The notes below the pieces were generated by a model. The model had not been told where the DNA came from. It worked only from the letters and a program-made list of their open reading frames with translations, and searched no databases. A stretch of DNA of 64,000 bases, taken from assembly GCA_013239625.1 (NCBI GenBank), contig MU054001.1:2920151-2984150 (forward strand). Reading direction: 5' to 3'. A program made the translations under genes and the position numbers. Positions within the stretch are counted from its first letter, which is position 1. Every line of letters begins with the position of its first letter. Below are positions 37,440 through 49,820 of this stretch, one piece after another. The DNA is from Lama guanicoe. Lineage: Eukaryota.

Positions 37440-37640
37440 AGTAAGCTCCCTTCTGTTCACACACCCACAGCCCATTGACAGCGTTCACTCAGGAGACCGA
37501 CTCCGGAAATGTTTCCAAGGGAAATGATTAATAGTAACAGGTTGAAATGCTTAAGAACCTAGCTCCACACCCCGCAGATCAAAATCTAGCGCCTGAAGCA
37601 GCAAATGAATTATATTCCACGGCAGTAGCATGCCATCTGC
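37440..37640. promoter_or_regulatory. Candidate enhancer
   Basis: CpG-containing and repeat-free; TGACAG at 37476-37481, ETS-like CCGGAAAT, TGATTAAT at 37525-37532. Confidence 0.35.
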
Positions 37641-37684
37641 CTTGTTCTGGCCAAAGTAACTGAGGCCGAGAAGTTGTTGTTTCA

Positions 37685-37925
37685 CAGTAATATAGCTCTC
37701 ATTTATTTAGCTGAAATTATGAGCCAGGTGCTAGGCAAAAATCTGCCCGGGCAACTTCTCCTGGAATCCCAACACTTGTCTTGTGAGGCGTGTAATGTTG
37801 TCATCTCATTTTACAGATGAGGAAATCACTCCGTAGAGGTTAAATAACTTGCCCAATGTCGCACACTTCCTGGTGGAGCTGGGACTTGAGCCTGCCTCCA
37901 AAATCAGGTTTTTAACCACTGCTCT
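37685..37925 (-). mobile_element. MIR SINE
   Basis: CATTTTACAGATGAGGAAATCAC...AGAGGTTAAATAACTTGCCCAATGTCGCACA. Confidence 0.8.
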
Positions 37926-39229
37926 ATCTTGCCTCTTAATAGCCTCTCTGGACCAGTTAGTTATTCTAGGTTTATATCTGTTTTGGGATCAAATCTACTG
38001 TCTCAAGAAGAACCAGAAATTTCTTCCCTCGTAATCCATACTATCCTTTTTTTTATCATCATTCTTAATACACTCTACTGTAATTACTTGGTTATGTCCT
38101 TGAATGCCCACCACTGCTTGAGCTGCCTGAGGGCAGGGGCCAGATTCCAAAAACTGCACATACCAGACATGAGTGAATGAATGAACAAATGAATGAGTAC
38201 AAGACCTCCTAACTCCCAGTCCAGTGCTCCATTCACCACTTTCTATAGAGCACCCTCTTTTCATAGCCTTTAAATGTATGGTTTTTCTCTTGGAGCGTTC
38301 AACAAATTAAAACAGAATTAACATTTCCTCATGATGTTCAGAACTGATAACCATCATTTCCCCTGAGATCTGATGAGACACTGACCAAATTTACAAAACA
38401 AATAAATAATATCCCATTTTCTTTTTTATCTCCTGAGACTCAGGCAACTTTCTCCAGCACAATTGGTAGAAAGAGGGGAAAAAAAAGATGGTGATTCTCT
38501 CAGACTGTTTAGACAAACTGTCATCCTCTTAAATGATTTTAAGCAAGACATACAACTCTGGGACGGACTTCTCCCGGTGATTTATACAGTTAGGGGTGAT
38601 TTTCCCACAGTGACTACTTAATATTTCTGTAATAACTTACGTATATGAGCTTTGGGGGGGCTGCATCTAAGCATCTCTGTAAGCGACTTTAGTCTATGGG
38701 GTGTGTCTATACCTTGTAGTTTTCTGTTCATTCTCATAGAATTGTACTCACTGAATTTAGTTTTGTATACTGTGATTTTCAATTAGCATTATAATATAAG
38801 CATTTTCCAGAGTGCTGTAAAGTGCGTGGTTCCTAATATTTCCAAATGAATGTGTACCATAATTTATTTAGCTCTTGCCCTATTGTAGGGCATTTTTGCT
38901 GTATCCAATATTAGGGTCTTATAATACAGCAATGTGATAAATAACCCAAAGGAGAGAGCTTTCTGTGAGCTCTCATCTCGGACTGTTTCCTTAGGGTCAG
39001 TTCCCAGCAGCCTGCCATTTATTCTTGATAACTGGATTTGTGAGCAAGAGATGAGCTCATCAGGGCACATAGATCAAGGGAAGAAAGTTAACTCACTATT
39101 CCCTGAATACTCTGAAGATTATTATCCAGCTGAGATCTATGCCCTTTTCCAGGGAAAACATTGCATTTTATTTCAATCTTTATTTTCGAATGTATTTTTA
39201 TGCAAGGGCAATACTCTGACTGTAAAGAG

Positions 39230-40025
39230 CAAAGCAGAATAAATATGTATACAGGTAAAGTGAATGACTGCCTTCTACTACAGCCCCTCTGTTCTCATCC
39301 CATTGTGATGATAGATTTTTACAGCTTGGTGTGTATCCTTCCACACATTTCTCCATGCCCATACAAACAAACACATGCTTAGAAACACATTTTTAAAAAT
39401 ACAGACAGGCTCACATGTCATACACTGTATTCTAGATGACTTATTTTGTGTGTGTGTGTGTTTAACAACATACCACAGAAATTCTTTTGGGTCAGTAGGT
39501 AAAAAGAGTTATCTCATTCTTTATAAGAAATGAATAATATCCCATAGTAGGGATGTGCCACAATTTATCCAGCTGTTTTTTTTTTAATGGAAGTAAAATC
39601 AGTTTACAATGTTGTGTCAATTTCTGGTGTACAGCATAATGTTTCAGTCATACACATATATACATATATTTGTTTTTGTATTCTTTTCCATTGTAGGTTA
39701 TTACAAGGTATTGAATATAGTTTCCTGTGCTATACATTATAAACTTGTTGTGTATTCAGTTTTGTGAGGAGGCTTCTTGTATTTCCAAGGTAAGGGATAG
39801 TTAGCCGTAGTTCAGTAGGTATTCTGTGCAAATTGTTCCATACATTGGTGTAGCTCTTGTCGTATTCGTGGGAGAGGCTGAGCACCACATCCTTCTACTC
39901 CACCATCTTGGCCGACCTGTCTATCCAGCTCTATTCAAACTGATGGAAACTCAGGTTGTTTCCAGACAAATAAGATTGCTACCAAGCTGTTAGTAAAAAC
40001 ATTGAGGTAAGTTGTCTTTAAATAT
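39230..40025 (-). mobile_element. Old L1ME-like 3' UTR remnant hosting a younger L1-derived insert
   Basis: CTCATTCTTTATAAG...AATATCCCATAGTAGGGATGTGCCACAATTTATCC resumes after the insert as TGATGGAAACTCAGGTTGTTTCCAG. Confidence 0.55.
39576..39921 (-). mobile_element. Short L1-derived retrocopy: L1 5' end joined to L1 3' end (spliced or internally deleted), with TSD
   Basis: Minus strand reads GGCCAAGATGGTGGAGTAGAAGG... (L1 5' end), then ...CACAAAACTG|AATACACAACAAG...TGTAAACTGATTTTACTTCCATT(A)n; TSD core TATCCAGCT at 39566-39574 and 39922-39930. Confidence 0.8.
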
Positions 40026-40824
40026 CACCTGAATCATTTCCTCCTTGTCTTCAATTCTTATGAATCCATCCCCACTTATTTTCATGGTGTGTATGTGTCT
40101 TTGTTAACTGGGCACAGTGCTGTCCCCGTCTGAAGACTGTCAGGGACTGCAGAACATGCAGAACTCAGTACATCCCTTCTTGAATTCCCAAGCTTTATTT
40201 TGCAATTTGTATTGCAGGACAGGCCTCATTTTGTTGCAACAAACATTTCTTGAGTGTCTGCTATGGCCCAACAGCACGTGCAGGTGAAGAACAGAGAATC
40301 ACAGAGAAACACAGAAAAGAGATGTTGGGGTAATAAGAAAGCTGGTCTCTCTAGATCAAAGTGATTATATAGTAAACTATTTAATTTTACTAAACAAAGG
40401 CTGATTAATACTAGATGGCGAGCACTGTGCTAGGTGGTAATGCTGTCAAAGGAACTTGTAGTCTATTAGGAGAGAGAAACCTTTTACAAATGACACAAAG
40501 AAGGGGATAAAAATGGGACATACATGCTAAGTGTAAGGACTGAGTATGGAAGTAGCTAGCCTCAAACTACCCCCAACCCCGAGAAGCCAATTACAATGTT
40601 TAGAGTAATTTTAAATCTGAAAATTAAGAGTCGTATTTCTTAAAGAAAGCATTTTGAGGTGAAAGCACAGGTCTGTGTTAGAAAGCAGTCTTTGAAGCCA
40701 GGTAGTGTTTCCTGCTCATGTACTAGGCAGGCATCAGTGTCTAGCTTAACAGTAATCACTGTGATGCAGCAAAGACCAGCTTGGACAGACACCTGGATTC
40801 AACTCCTCGAGTCATTGGTTCATC

Positions 40825-41430
40825 TCTTCTTTCATTCAATAAACACCAACCTTAGGCAAGTTACTGTGCGGGCTTGTGGATGCAGCACAGGACAGGACGA
40901 AGTCCCCAGTGGAATGTATAATCCAGTGGAGGAGAACGGACAATAAGCATGAACTCTCAGTGATGAGAACTACAAAGACTGAGGAGGGTGATATGATGGA
41001 CAGGGTGTGAAGGGTAGTCCAGACTGGATGATGGGGAAGGCCTGGCGGCAGCGGTATTTCAGTCACTACCTGCATGAATAGAAGGAGCTGTTGACACACA
41101 CACACACACACACACAGGGGAGAGGCTTCCAGGCCAGGGGAACAGGCGTGGTGTGCCCAGGCAGAGAGAAAGCCAGTGTGGCAGGGATGTGAGGAGGGAA
41201 GAGGAAAGCAGCACGGAGGTGGTCAGGGGCAAGATCAGAGAGAAGGCTCTGCATAGTATTTTAACTGCAATGAGAATCCATGGGAGGGTTCTGAGCAGAG
41301 AGTGATGTCATCCAGTTTAAACCTCTAGAATCACGCCCTGATTGCTACTTGGGAGGCAAGTGTGGAAACAAGAGCAGGGAGTCGGGATGCTGATGCTATG
41401 GACCAGTTAAGAAACCATGGTGGCAGGGGG
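40825..41430 (-). mobile_element. L2 LINE fragment with (CA)n at ~41094-41116
   Basis: TTCATTCAATAAACACC...GGCTTCCAGGCCAGGGGAACAGGC...GGGTTCTGAGCAGAGAGTGATGTCATC. Confidence 0.75.
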
Positions 41431-41679
41431 AGGATGATTCCAGGACTTCCACTTAGAAGCCGTGAGCTTCACGCAAGCAAGTGACTTCACCTCTCAAAGC
41501 CTGAGCGCGTTCACCTGTGAAATGGGGCTAGTGACAGGCTTTCTGAGGTTGGGAAGATCACCTGTGGCTTATGTGCTGACACGTAGCCCAGCGCCGGGAC
41601 TAGGGTCGCTGCTCTCCAGATGCCAGCCGTCCACACTCACTCTGCTCTACCTGCCTTTGTCTAGAGTGGAAACATCAAG

Positions 41680-42250
41680 CAGTCCAGAGTAATTATGGTA
41701 GACTGCACGGGTGCTCAACACGCTGATGAATTAGCACGAGAGGAAAACACAGGAGGAAATTAGAAGGAAAAAAATATCAGGAAATTCACATCAACATGTT
41801 GAAGAAGCTAGCGTGAGGCAAACATAAATGAGGGTTCTGACCCCCGTCTACGCAGTCGTCACACACACATCTCAAGGAGCTGTGCGTATAGTCACTAAAT
41901 TTAGAGAATCCTATTACCAGGGCAGAGAGATAGCTGACAGAATGGGGCTTTTGTTTTTATTCCCCTCAAATGGTCTGCGAGCGGGAGAGGCCCTTTATGT
42001 CCCTGGTAAACATGAGCCCTACTGCAGGTGTTTGAGTTTATCACAGAGAGGAAATGACTTTTTTTACACCTAATTTAATCTGAAGCTATTCACAGTTTAA
42101 AATGTTTAGTAACGGTGACCTTTTTAATGACTAACACATTGCAGGTGGTCCTGTTGTAGCCGGCAGTTAATGTTTGCCATCAGAAAGAGAGGGAGAGAGA
42201 ATTAAATGACCACTCCACAGCAATTGTCTTTGCCGTGCAGGGTTCAAAGG
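41680..42250. promoter_or_regulatory. Candidate conserved non-coding element/enhancer
   Basis: Repeat-free with multiple CpGs; TAATTA, TAATTTAATC, TTTTAATGAC, CAGGTG E-boxes. Confidence 0.4.
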
Positions 42251-44959
42251 ACAGCTGGTTCTGAATGGAGCCATAGTAAAGGGTCTGTGAGAGAAGGATG
42301 GGGTCCTTTCTCCTCAATGGGAGAGCCGCTTTCCTTTTCTTGGTCTTTCTCAGAACTGAGGTGTGGGCAGAACCGCTCAAAAAAGAATTGTAAGCCAGGA
42401 AGCACTGGCTGCCTGACCCATCTCTGGGTGTGTTTTCTGTTTCAGAGGACAGATGGGTCTGTGATGTGTCAATGGCCCAGAATGGATGGGGAATTGTTTT
42501 GCTTGCTGACCATTGGCTGGATTCCTTGGCTTTTCATATCAACTTGCACTGAGACCTGTGGGGCCATAGAATGCTCAGGTAAAATCTACCATTTCAGATG
42601 AGAGGAGGAGGCTCAGAGAGAGAGAGGAAATAATTATCCAGTGGGTAATAGCAGATCTCATACCACATGCCAGCTTTCTTGACACCTACACCTACAAGGA
42701 GGTTCCACTGTGATTCACCTCCAAGCGAGGGGATGCTGGGCTGAATAAGAGTCCACACCTTGTCTCTAGTCACCTTTCAGGTCTGTGCCACACCCTTTAT
42801 GGAGGTCTCCTTTATGGATACCGCAGCGGTTTATACATCAGAGCAAAACTGCCCTGAGGCTTTCGGGGCAGCGCAGCAGAATACCATGTCAGCAAATACA
42901 GCTGGAGAAGGAGATGCACAATTCAGTGTCCCGGCTCTCCCAGCAAGCCCTCTCTGGGGGCTGGCTGAGTGCGTGTGCCTTTGTACCCTGGCTCTTTTAT
43001 AGCTCAAAAAAAGCTTGTTTAAATGTAGTGCATGTCATTGTTTCTGCCCTTCCCTTGCCCCTCTGCATTCCCCCTCCCCTTCTTTGCTCCTGGAGGCTGC
43101 ACATCCCCCGACTCCCCACTTTGGTGGGAAGAAGTGGCAACAAGACACAAGTAAGTGGGGGCTCCCTACTTCTCAGGGATAGCTCTTCTCCGCTTTGCAG
43201 ACTGGTACCTTGCTGCTCCCCACGAACAGGGCTTTCCAAGTCCAGGGTGATTCAGATGGCATCGGCTTTGTTCAGACTGTCCAGTCCTGCTAATTTCATT
43301 CCAAAGTCAGGAACATCCCCCGAGTCATTTGTGTTGGGAGGCAGACTTCTGAGATCTGTGCCCTCCAAACTGATTCTGGCTTCACTGTCCTCCAGGGTTG
43401 CCAGGATCACAAGCGCGCTTATAGTGGAAGCTTTCTTATTACTTATCCCTAAGGAAAAGCATAGAGAACATGAAGGCAGAAGTCTGCTGCTACAGGCAGT
43501 GATGCCCAGGCTTCTAATGGGGTATCAGCTGGTTCTAAGGAACCTGCGTGGTCCTCGATTCTTTCTGCAGGTGTCAAGAACTGAAGCTACTCTGTATCAC
43601 AGATGAACCTGGGCCCCAAGCTCACGCTACTTCAGAAGTTTTCTTGCATTTCTTGTCCTTTCCTTTTCTTAGTCATTACTAATAACACATATCATTGGAT
43701 TCTAACATTACATTGGATGATGATTGCACAATTCAGAATATCCACTAAAAAAGCATTAAATTTCCTACTTCAAATATGTAGGGAAAAGTTTAAGTGAAAC
43801 TCCAAAACTTCATCAAGTCTATACAATTACAACTTGTACATGTTTTCATTATGTTTGTGATACTTCAGTAAAAGAGTCCTTTTCTAAGGACTAATATAAA
43901 AAAGTATTCCATGTATTAAAAACAAAAAAACCCAGTCTTTTATTACTTAAAAAAATTTTAATTTTATTTTGTTATTGCAAATATAGTTTTGTAACAATCT
44001 TTGTGAATCATTTGAGCTTGTCTCTTGTAACAAAATGTGATTATATGCATCTTTTAATTTTACCCTAAAAATCTTAAAGTTTAGGAAAATTGCTAATTGT
44101 GGAAGAAATAGAACCAGATATTCGAATAGAAACTTGCACACTTGAAATGTTGAAGTATATTCACAATGTTAACATTGATAGGGAATCCTTCTAGATCTAA
44201 AATAAGTAAGTAAATAAGTAAATTTATGTATTTATTTGTTTGTTTATTTATTTACTTAATAAAAAATTTCCCCTAAAAACAAAAACATTCAAAAACTCAA
44301 ATCTGTATTTTGTATCTTATCAAAATCACACCTTACCAACATAATGACAGAGAAAGAAAAGGTGATTAGTTTATAGAGCATCTTTTCTATATCCTGCTCG
44401 TTATACCAGAATCTTTAAGCTATTCAGAGAATCCATTAATACACTATATCAATAAATTTAAAATAACGTGAGAAAATAAAACCATATATTTCAAACTATA
44501 AGGAGTTAACTATTTTCACCCAGTGGCACGTGCAAGGGCTTCTAAAGCCTCTATTAAAGATCTCTGTGTCATTTATTCATATTTAAAATGGTGTTTGGAA
44601 AGAAATCTAAAAATATTTTGGTTCTCTCTCCTTCATCCTAGAGCATTTTCACCCTGAGACTTTTTTCTGAGCACAAGATCAGTTAAAGTTGGTACCTATA
44701 TTAATGTGAGTACTTTATTGTCCTGAAATTACGGCTTTTGAAGTTTCTTTCTTTCTGAAACAAAAAAGAAAAGCCACGGTTGACATCAAAGAGGAGGCAT
44801 TCTCCTCACTAGCAATTATGGTCCCTTAATGTTACTCAATATCCACCCCGTTGCAAACTGCCTTTGCTTTTTGTAACATGTACTTATTTTGATCAACACC
44901 TTTAGAAAAAGTACCTAAAAGTACCCAACTACCTATGAAATTCTCTCTGGATCCTTCCT

Positions 44960-45330
44960 GGTGCTGGTTGTTGTGAATCAAAATACTCCTTTAATAATGC
45001 ATTCTGCCGTATATGATTGTGGGTGTTTTTTTCTTTTAAAGAAAACATTTAATTACTATTGGAGAGTTGTAACTGTTAGCTGTGAGTTACCAGATGTGAA
45101 ACCAGACACAAGGGTGAGATTTTACAATTTCAGCACAGCTGCTTACGACCAAATCTGGTTTAGGACACCGTCGATGGATTTAAAAACATTACATTTATAT
45201 TAAAAATAGCAGGGCCTCATATGCAGCCCAGCTGAAGGTCTTCTTGGCAAACTTGTTAAAATCAGAATGAGTCCCCCCAATCAAAGTCCAAAAGCAGCCT
45301 GTGCACACTGGCTAATGACATGCGCTGTCA
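44960..45330. promoter_or_regulatory. Candidate enhancer
   Basis: Repeat-free; E-boxes CAGATG, CAGCTG (x2), CATATG; TAATTA; TCF/LEF-type ATCAAAG near 45280. Confidence 0.4.
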
Positions 45331-46059
45331 CTCCCTGCCCTCCCCACCCCCCACCCAAACATTCTCATAGAGACACATGTGTCTGGGCCTTTTGTCCGAA
45401 TTCTAAATTAAACCTCCAATCCTTTTCATTTGTATATTATGTGCTCTCAACGCCAGAATGTAAAGGCTTAAAAGGCATCAACAGTTTGTCCAGACTTGAA
45501 AACCTTAACTTACTGCACTGAAGATTTAAGACAAAGTGCTGTTTTGTCTCCCTGCCCACCCTCGGCCCCCTGGCATTTGAGTTTTTACAGTGTAGGAAGA
45601 AAATAGCCCTCCAAAGCTTACTTTTTCTTCCTCCCCCCGCCCTACCCCCATGTGTTCCTGAGTCTGCAGCTATTATTCCGGGCCAAATTGTCGCCATGCT
45701 TAGTGGAGCGTGCGGAACCGGGCAGGACAGCTGAAATAACTGGGAGATGTCGGGGACATCGACCCCCTCCCAGCCCTGGCCTTGGCCTCACTTCCATTTC
45801 TGCCATTATTTTAACAAGAGTTTTGAGAGTTTCCAAAAAAGTATACAGTGAACGAGCTTTCCTTTTTTAAGCCAGGGGGGTGGAAATAAGTGGACAAGTC
45901 CTTTCTGAGTCTGTAAGTCTAGGGCACATTTGAAGTACTACTGGTGTTGAAAACTTGGCTTCTCTAGTAAGTAAGATCTGGAGCTGTTTAAAATGCATTC
46001 GAACTGTTACAGCAGGGCATCCGATGACAGGATGGCCTATATCCTTCTCTCTCCAGGCT

Positions 46060-46450
46060 CTTGTATCCTCCACCACCACGCCCCCTTTTGGTATCATATC
46101 ATGGGTTCTTTTGCAACCTTCCAATTTTTTTCCTATACATATACAAACGTGTGTGTGTGTGTGTGCAAACACAGAGATTTGGGCAAACTGTACACATTGT
46201 TCTGCACCTCCCTTGTCACTTTATAATAGATCTTGGAGATGTTCTCACATCAGAACAAGCAACTTCCTCATTCTTTTTAAGGGGATAAAGTTTTTAATCA
46301 AGTGAACATATTGCATACAGTGCTAAAGATGAACATTCTCACTCATGTATCTTTGTTTATAGTGGTAAATATATCTGAAGGATAAGCTCCCAGGAGTGGA
46401 ATTGTTGGCTTAAATGGCTCTATGTCCACATCTTTGAGAAAATACACAAA
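46060..46450 (-). mobile_element. L1ME-like remnant
   Basis: GGATAAGCTCCCAGGAGTGGAATTGTTGG and ATAGATCTTGGAGATGTTCTCACATCAG. Confidence 0.55.
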
Positions 46451-47329
46451 TCAATGCATGTGTGTGCCTGCTTTCTTATAGTCTTTTGGTTGGTTTGGTT
46501 TTTAACTGACAGGTCCATGCTGAGAAGCCCCCACTACACACAAACTGTGCTCCCCTCCAGTCTGAAGCTTTTTGGTCCCTATCAGCATGAGTACATCTCA
46601 CACTCACTCACTCACGCGCTGTCTCACTCAGTCTCATTGATATTTTGGGAGTTCTTAATATAGTGTATGTGGGATGTCTGCCTCATGGTGTCAGCCAAGG
46701 ATATAGACACTGCATTTATATTGTTCAGATTAGTATCATCCACAGGTTGCAAATATTCCCTATTCTGGGGACAGTTTTTAGGCCCCTATCACTTCCTACT
46801 GGCTCCCGAAGTTTTACACGCGCTCCCTCACCTCCCCTGCCTTCTCTTGTAGCTCTAACACATGACGTAATGGGCTGGGAAAAGACCACTCTGAGGGTGC
46901 CGGCATTGTGCTGTGGGCTGGTGGACTGGTAGACAGTGGAGTCCGTCTTTGCTAGAAGTTGCATTCAACATGGAATGTGGGTATATAATATCAAGTCTCT
47001 AATGGTGGATGGGGAATGGGTAGGCTTTTAAAGTGCCCCTGCTTTCCTGCAGCTTTCACTGCATTGTTTTACTATTAACACTCGGAGTAAAATTATTTAC
47101 AGTCACAAAGCCCAAAGGAGTTTGTGGCACAGCAAGTTGGAGGAGGCTGAGTGAGGGTGAGATGGTAAAAGCCTCACTTTGGTTCAGATAAACCCTCCTT
47201 ATGTGTCTAGTCAGTAGAATCGGGTTTTTTTGGCTGCAGATAAATAAGTCTTGGGGTGAACTTGAGGAAGTCACTTCCCTCTCTTGACCTCAGTTTCCCC
47301 ACCTGTATAATGACGGGTTGGACCAGATG

Positions 47330-47556
47330 AGCAGTTCTTAAGTCTGAGGCATTCTATCTGAGAATAGAATTTTGCAGGAAAACACTGAATTTCATGACCT
47401 CTTGAAGACTCCTGAAGTTTAGCAAGTTAAAGGTGCTGTGAAGTCCTTCAGCAAGGAACTAGTACATTTTCCTTTTCCAGTATTTCCCAATAGTATTTAA
47501 CTTATTTTATGGATTCCTTATTAATGTTCTGCCACGTCCACTTTGGGAAATGCTAG
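47330..47556. mobile_element. hAT-Charlie-type MITE remnant
   Basis: AAAGGTGCTGTGAAGTCCTTCAGCAAGGAA...CAGTATTTCCCAA...CACTTTGGGAAATGCT. Confidence 0.5.
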
Positions 47557-47869
47557 AAGTTCTCCGTAGTAACTTCCAGTTGGAATATTATGTGATTAAC
47601 TGATGAGCTGTCACTAGTTCACATAGATATCCCTTAACTCCTAAAATCCTCTCCAACCACTTCTCACCCTGTGACCTGTATTTGTCTCCTCATCTAGTCC
47701 CTGAGGGTCCAAACCCTAGCCAGAGCACTGGGGCATGCGCACAGTGAGCACCTAATAAATGCCTGGTCTTGGGCAGAAATCCCTCCTGAAATCTAATGAC
47801 TTTTAGGTTTGACCAAAGGACTTTTAGGTTTTGCTTTCATTAGATACATGAAAATATAGGGGGATCTGA

Positions 47870-48070
47870 TGAAGAAGAAAAATACAGTAGGGGAGAGGGA
47901 AGGAAGGAAAACTAGAGAAATGGTGGGGGAGGGGGAAGAAAGACAAGCGAGAACAGTGAGAGGGAAAAGAAGAGGAAATGAAAAGAGAAAAAAGAGGAGC
48001 TGGTTGTGCTTGGAGGGGAGGCTATGAACAGAGTGTGTAAAAAATAAATATATATATATATATATGTAAT
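47870..48070. repeat. GA-rich low-complexity tract followed by (TA)n
   Basis: Near-continuous purine run visible in the sequence. Confidence 0.8.
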
Positions 48071-48194
48071 TCTGTGGGACTGACCGTGTGCTAGATGGAG
48101 GGTTGGAGGATTTTCAGGCTCTGCTTTTTAACACTAATAGTAGGAACACCACCTGGCCCGCTGTAGGTGCCTGCTAACATTTGCTAAGTTGCTA

Positions 48195-48420
48195 AATAAT
48201 GACCACACAATAATAGCTAGCATGTATGAGCTGTGTCTATGGGCTAAACTGTTTCTGTGCATTATCGTATTTTCAACAGCCTTATAGATTAGATGATAAC
48301 CCATTTCTTGACTGTGGAAATTAAGGCTCCAAGAAGCTAAGTTATCTGCCCAGTGCACAGGAACTCAAGCCAGCCTGACTCCAAACCCCTTGACCTCAAC
48401 TCTTGGCTGTGCCCCTCCTC
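48195..48420 (-). mobile_element. MIR SINE
   Basis: GGAAATTAAGGCTCCAAGAAGCTAAGTTATCTGCCCAG...CAGCCTGACTCCAAACCC. Confidence 0.65.
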
Positions 48421-49599
48421 TGAAACACACCCTCATCTGATGGACATGGCATCAGACCTTACTGCTTCCTCAAGGTCCAAGGAGGTAGCTGTGCTTGAGG
48501 AAATGAAAATTGAAGCCAGTCTTTCTCTGGGAAAGATAATGCATTCTCTGCACCCTCGCGGTTCTTTCTCCCAGTAAATGTAATATGAATGCTTAAGAGA
48601 GAAGAGGAGGGTACAAGAGAATGGCTTTTCGCTGGCAGGTTTTCTGTGCACTTTACTTCGGAGAGGCCCTCCACTAACTGCTGGTGGGAGTAGCCAGTCT
48701 GTCTTTGCTCCAAGCAGCCACCCCCGGCTCTCTCCACGTCGCATCCGGGGACACTGTGTTGGGGTCACTTCCAAAGCAAGACTTCAACGTGTCTGTGAGG
48801 CAGAGCGTCTGCACTCTCCCACCTGCTGAAATTCCTCATTCTTTCCCATCCCCACTGCCATGACCCCACTATTCAGCTTCCCTCCTTCTCCTATAGGGCC
48901 TGTAGTTTCTGCAACCAGGGCTTCAGGGGAGGAAACCTCCCAGGGGAGGAGGTTTCTTGAGAAATAACCTCCAAATTGCAGACTTTTTTTTACAGACGTG
49001 AGCATCTGAAATCTAAATGCTCAAAGATTCTGGTACCTTTGCAATGATTTTGGAGGGTTGACTGCCTCTCCTGCTGTAGCTCCCATGGAATAAAAGCCCC
49101 AGTTGGACCCTTTAAGTTGTCCTGTCCCATCACTTAGCTTACTCTCAGACCTCTTCACTTCCCTGTTCTCCAGCCTCCAGGAGGTGTCAACATTCTCCGG
49201 TCAGGTTCTAGACTTTTAATGTGCACATCTGGACCTGGTGAAGGAGAGCAGGGGATAATTTAAACATATTCCAAGAGGCTAACTGATCTGTATAATAGAA
49301 GATGGAGCCCAAGAGAGGTGGGGAGAACACAGAGAGAGGCAGGTAAGTGGAGGATGAGATTCACTTAGAGGGAACAGAGGAAGGAGACCAGGAGATCTGC
49401 CAAGCTAAGTGAGACTGGGTGAAATGGGAGATGAAGAGGGAGTTTACTAGGCAGACGTCATACAGTGCAATTAATTCCCTTCATAATCTTTTCTTTCTCC
49501 TTCTGCTTCCTCCCCTTCATTTTCACTCTTCTTTTCCATGTTTTCACTTTAGCCAAACAGCCCACGTGGGCAATGCCTTTGCTCACTGGAGGGATCAAG

Positions 49600-49820
49600 G
49601 CTAAAGTGGCAAAAAACAAAATTAAGTCAGTCATTAAGTAAGCATTCATCTTAACAATAATCCCCTCAATGAAGTCTAGAGATTCAGAGATTTAAATCAC
49701 CTCTGCCTGTGACCAAATCGCATTCCTCCCATGACATTGTTGCCAGAAAAAAATGATTGATGGGCGAGGAAGTCAATATGAAATAGAACAAAGTCTCCAT
49801 TTTACGAAACAAACATTTTG
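49600..49820. promoter_or_regulatory. Candidate enhancer with a canonical PBX-HOX site
   Basis: TGATTGATGG at 49754-49763, TGACA nearby, TTAAATCA, CATTA. Confidence 0.35.

Noticed and set aside
36952..37440. 162-aa ORF over a GC-richer patch
   Set aside because: No recognisable homology; composition reflects local GC content.
40405..40425. CTCF-like ACTAGATGGCG (also AGAAGGTGGCAG near 62495)
   Set aside because: Both lack the conserved upstream CC of the core motif; consistent with chance matches.
42785..43606. Longest ORF (273 aa, + strand)
   Set aside because: Non-ATG start, Leu/Ser/Arg/Pro-rich composition typical of random sequence, no recognisable domain, and no supporting exon structure. 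A blastp/PhyloCSF hit would change this.
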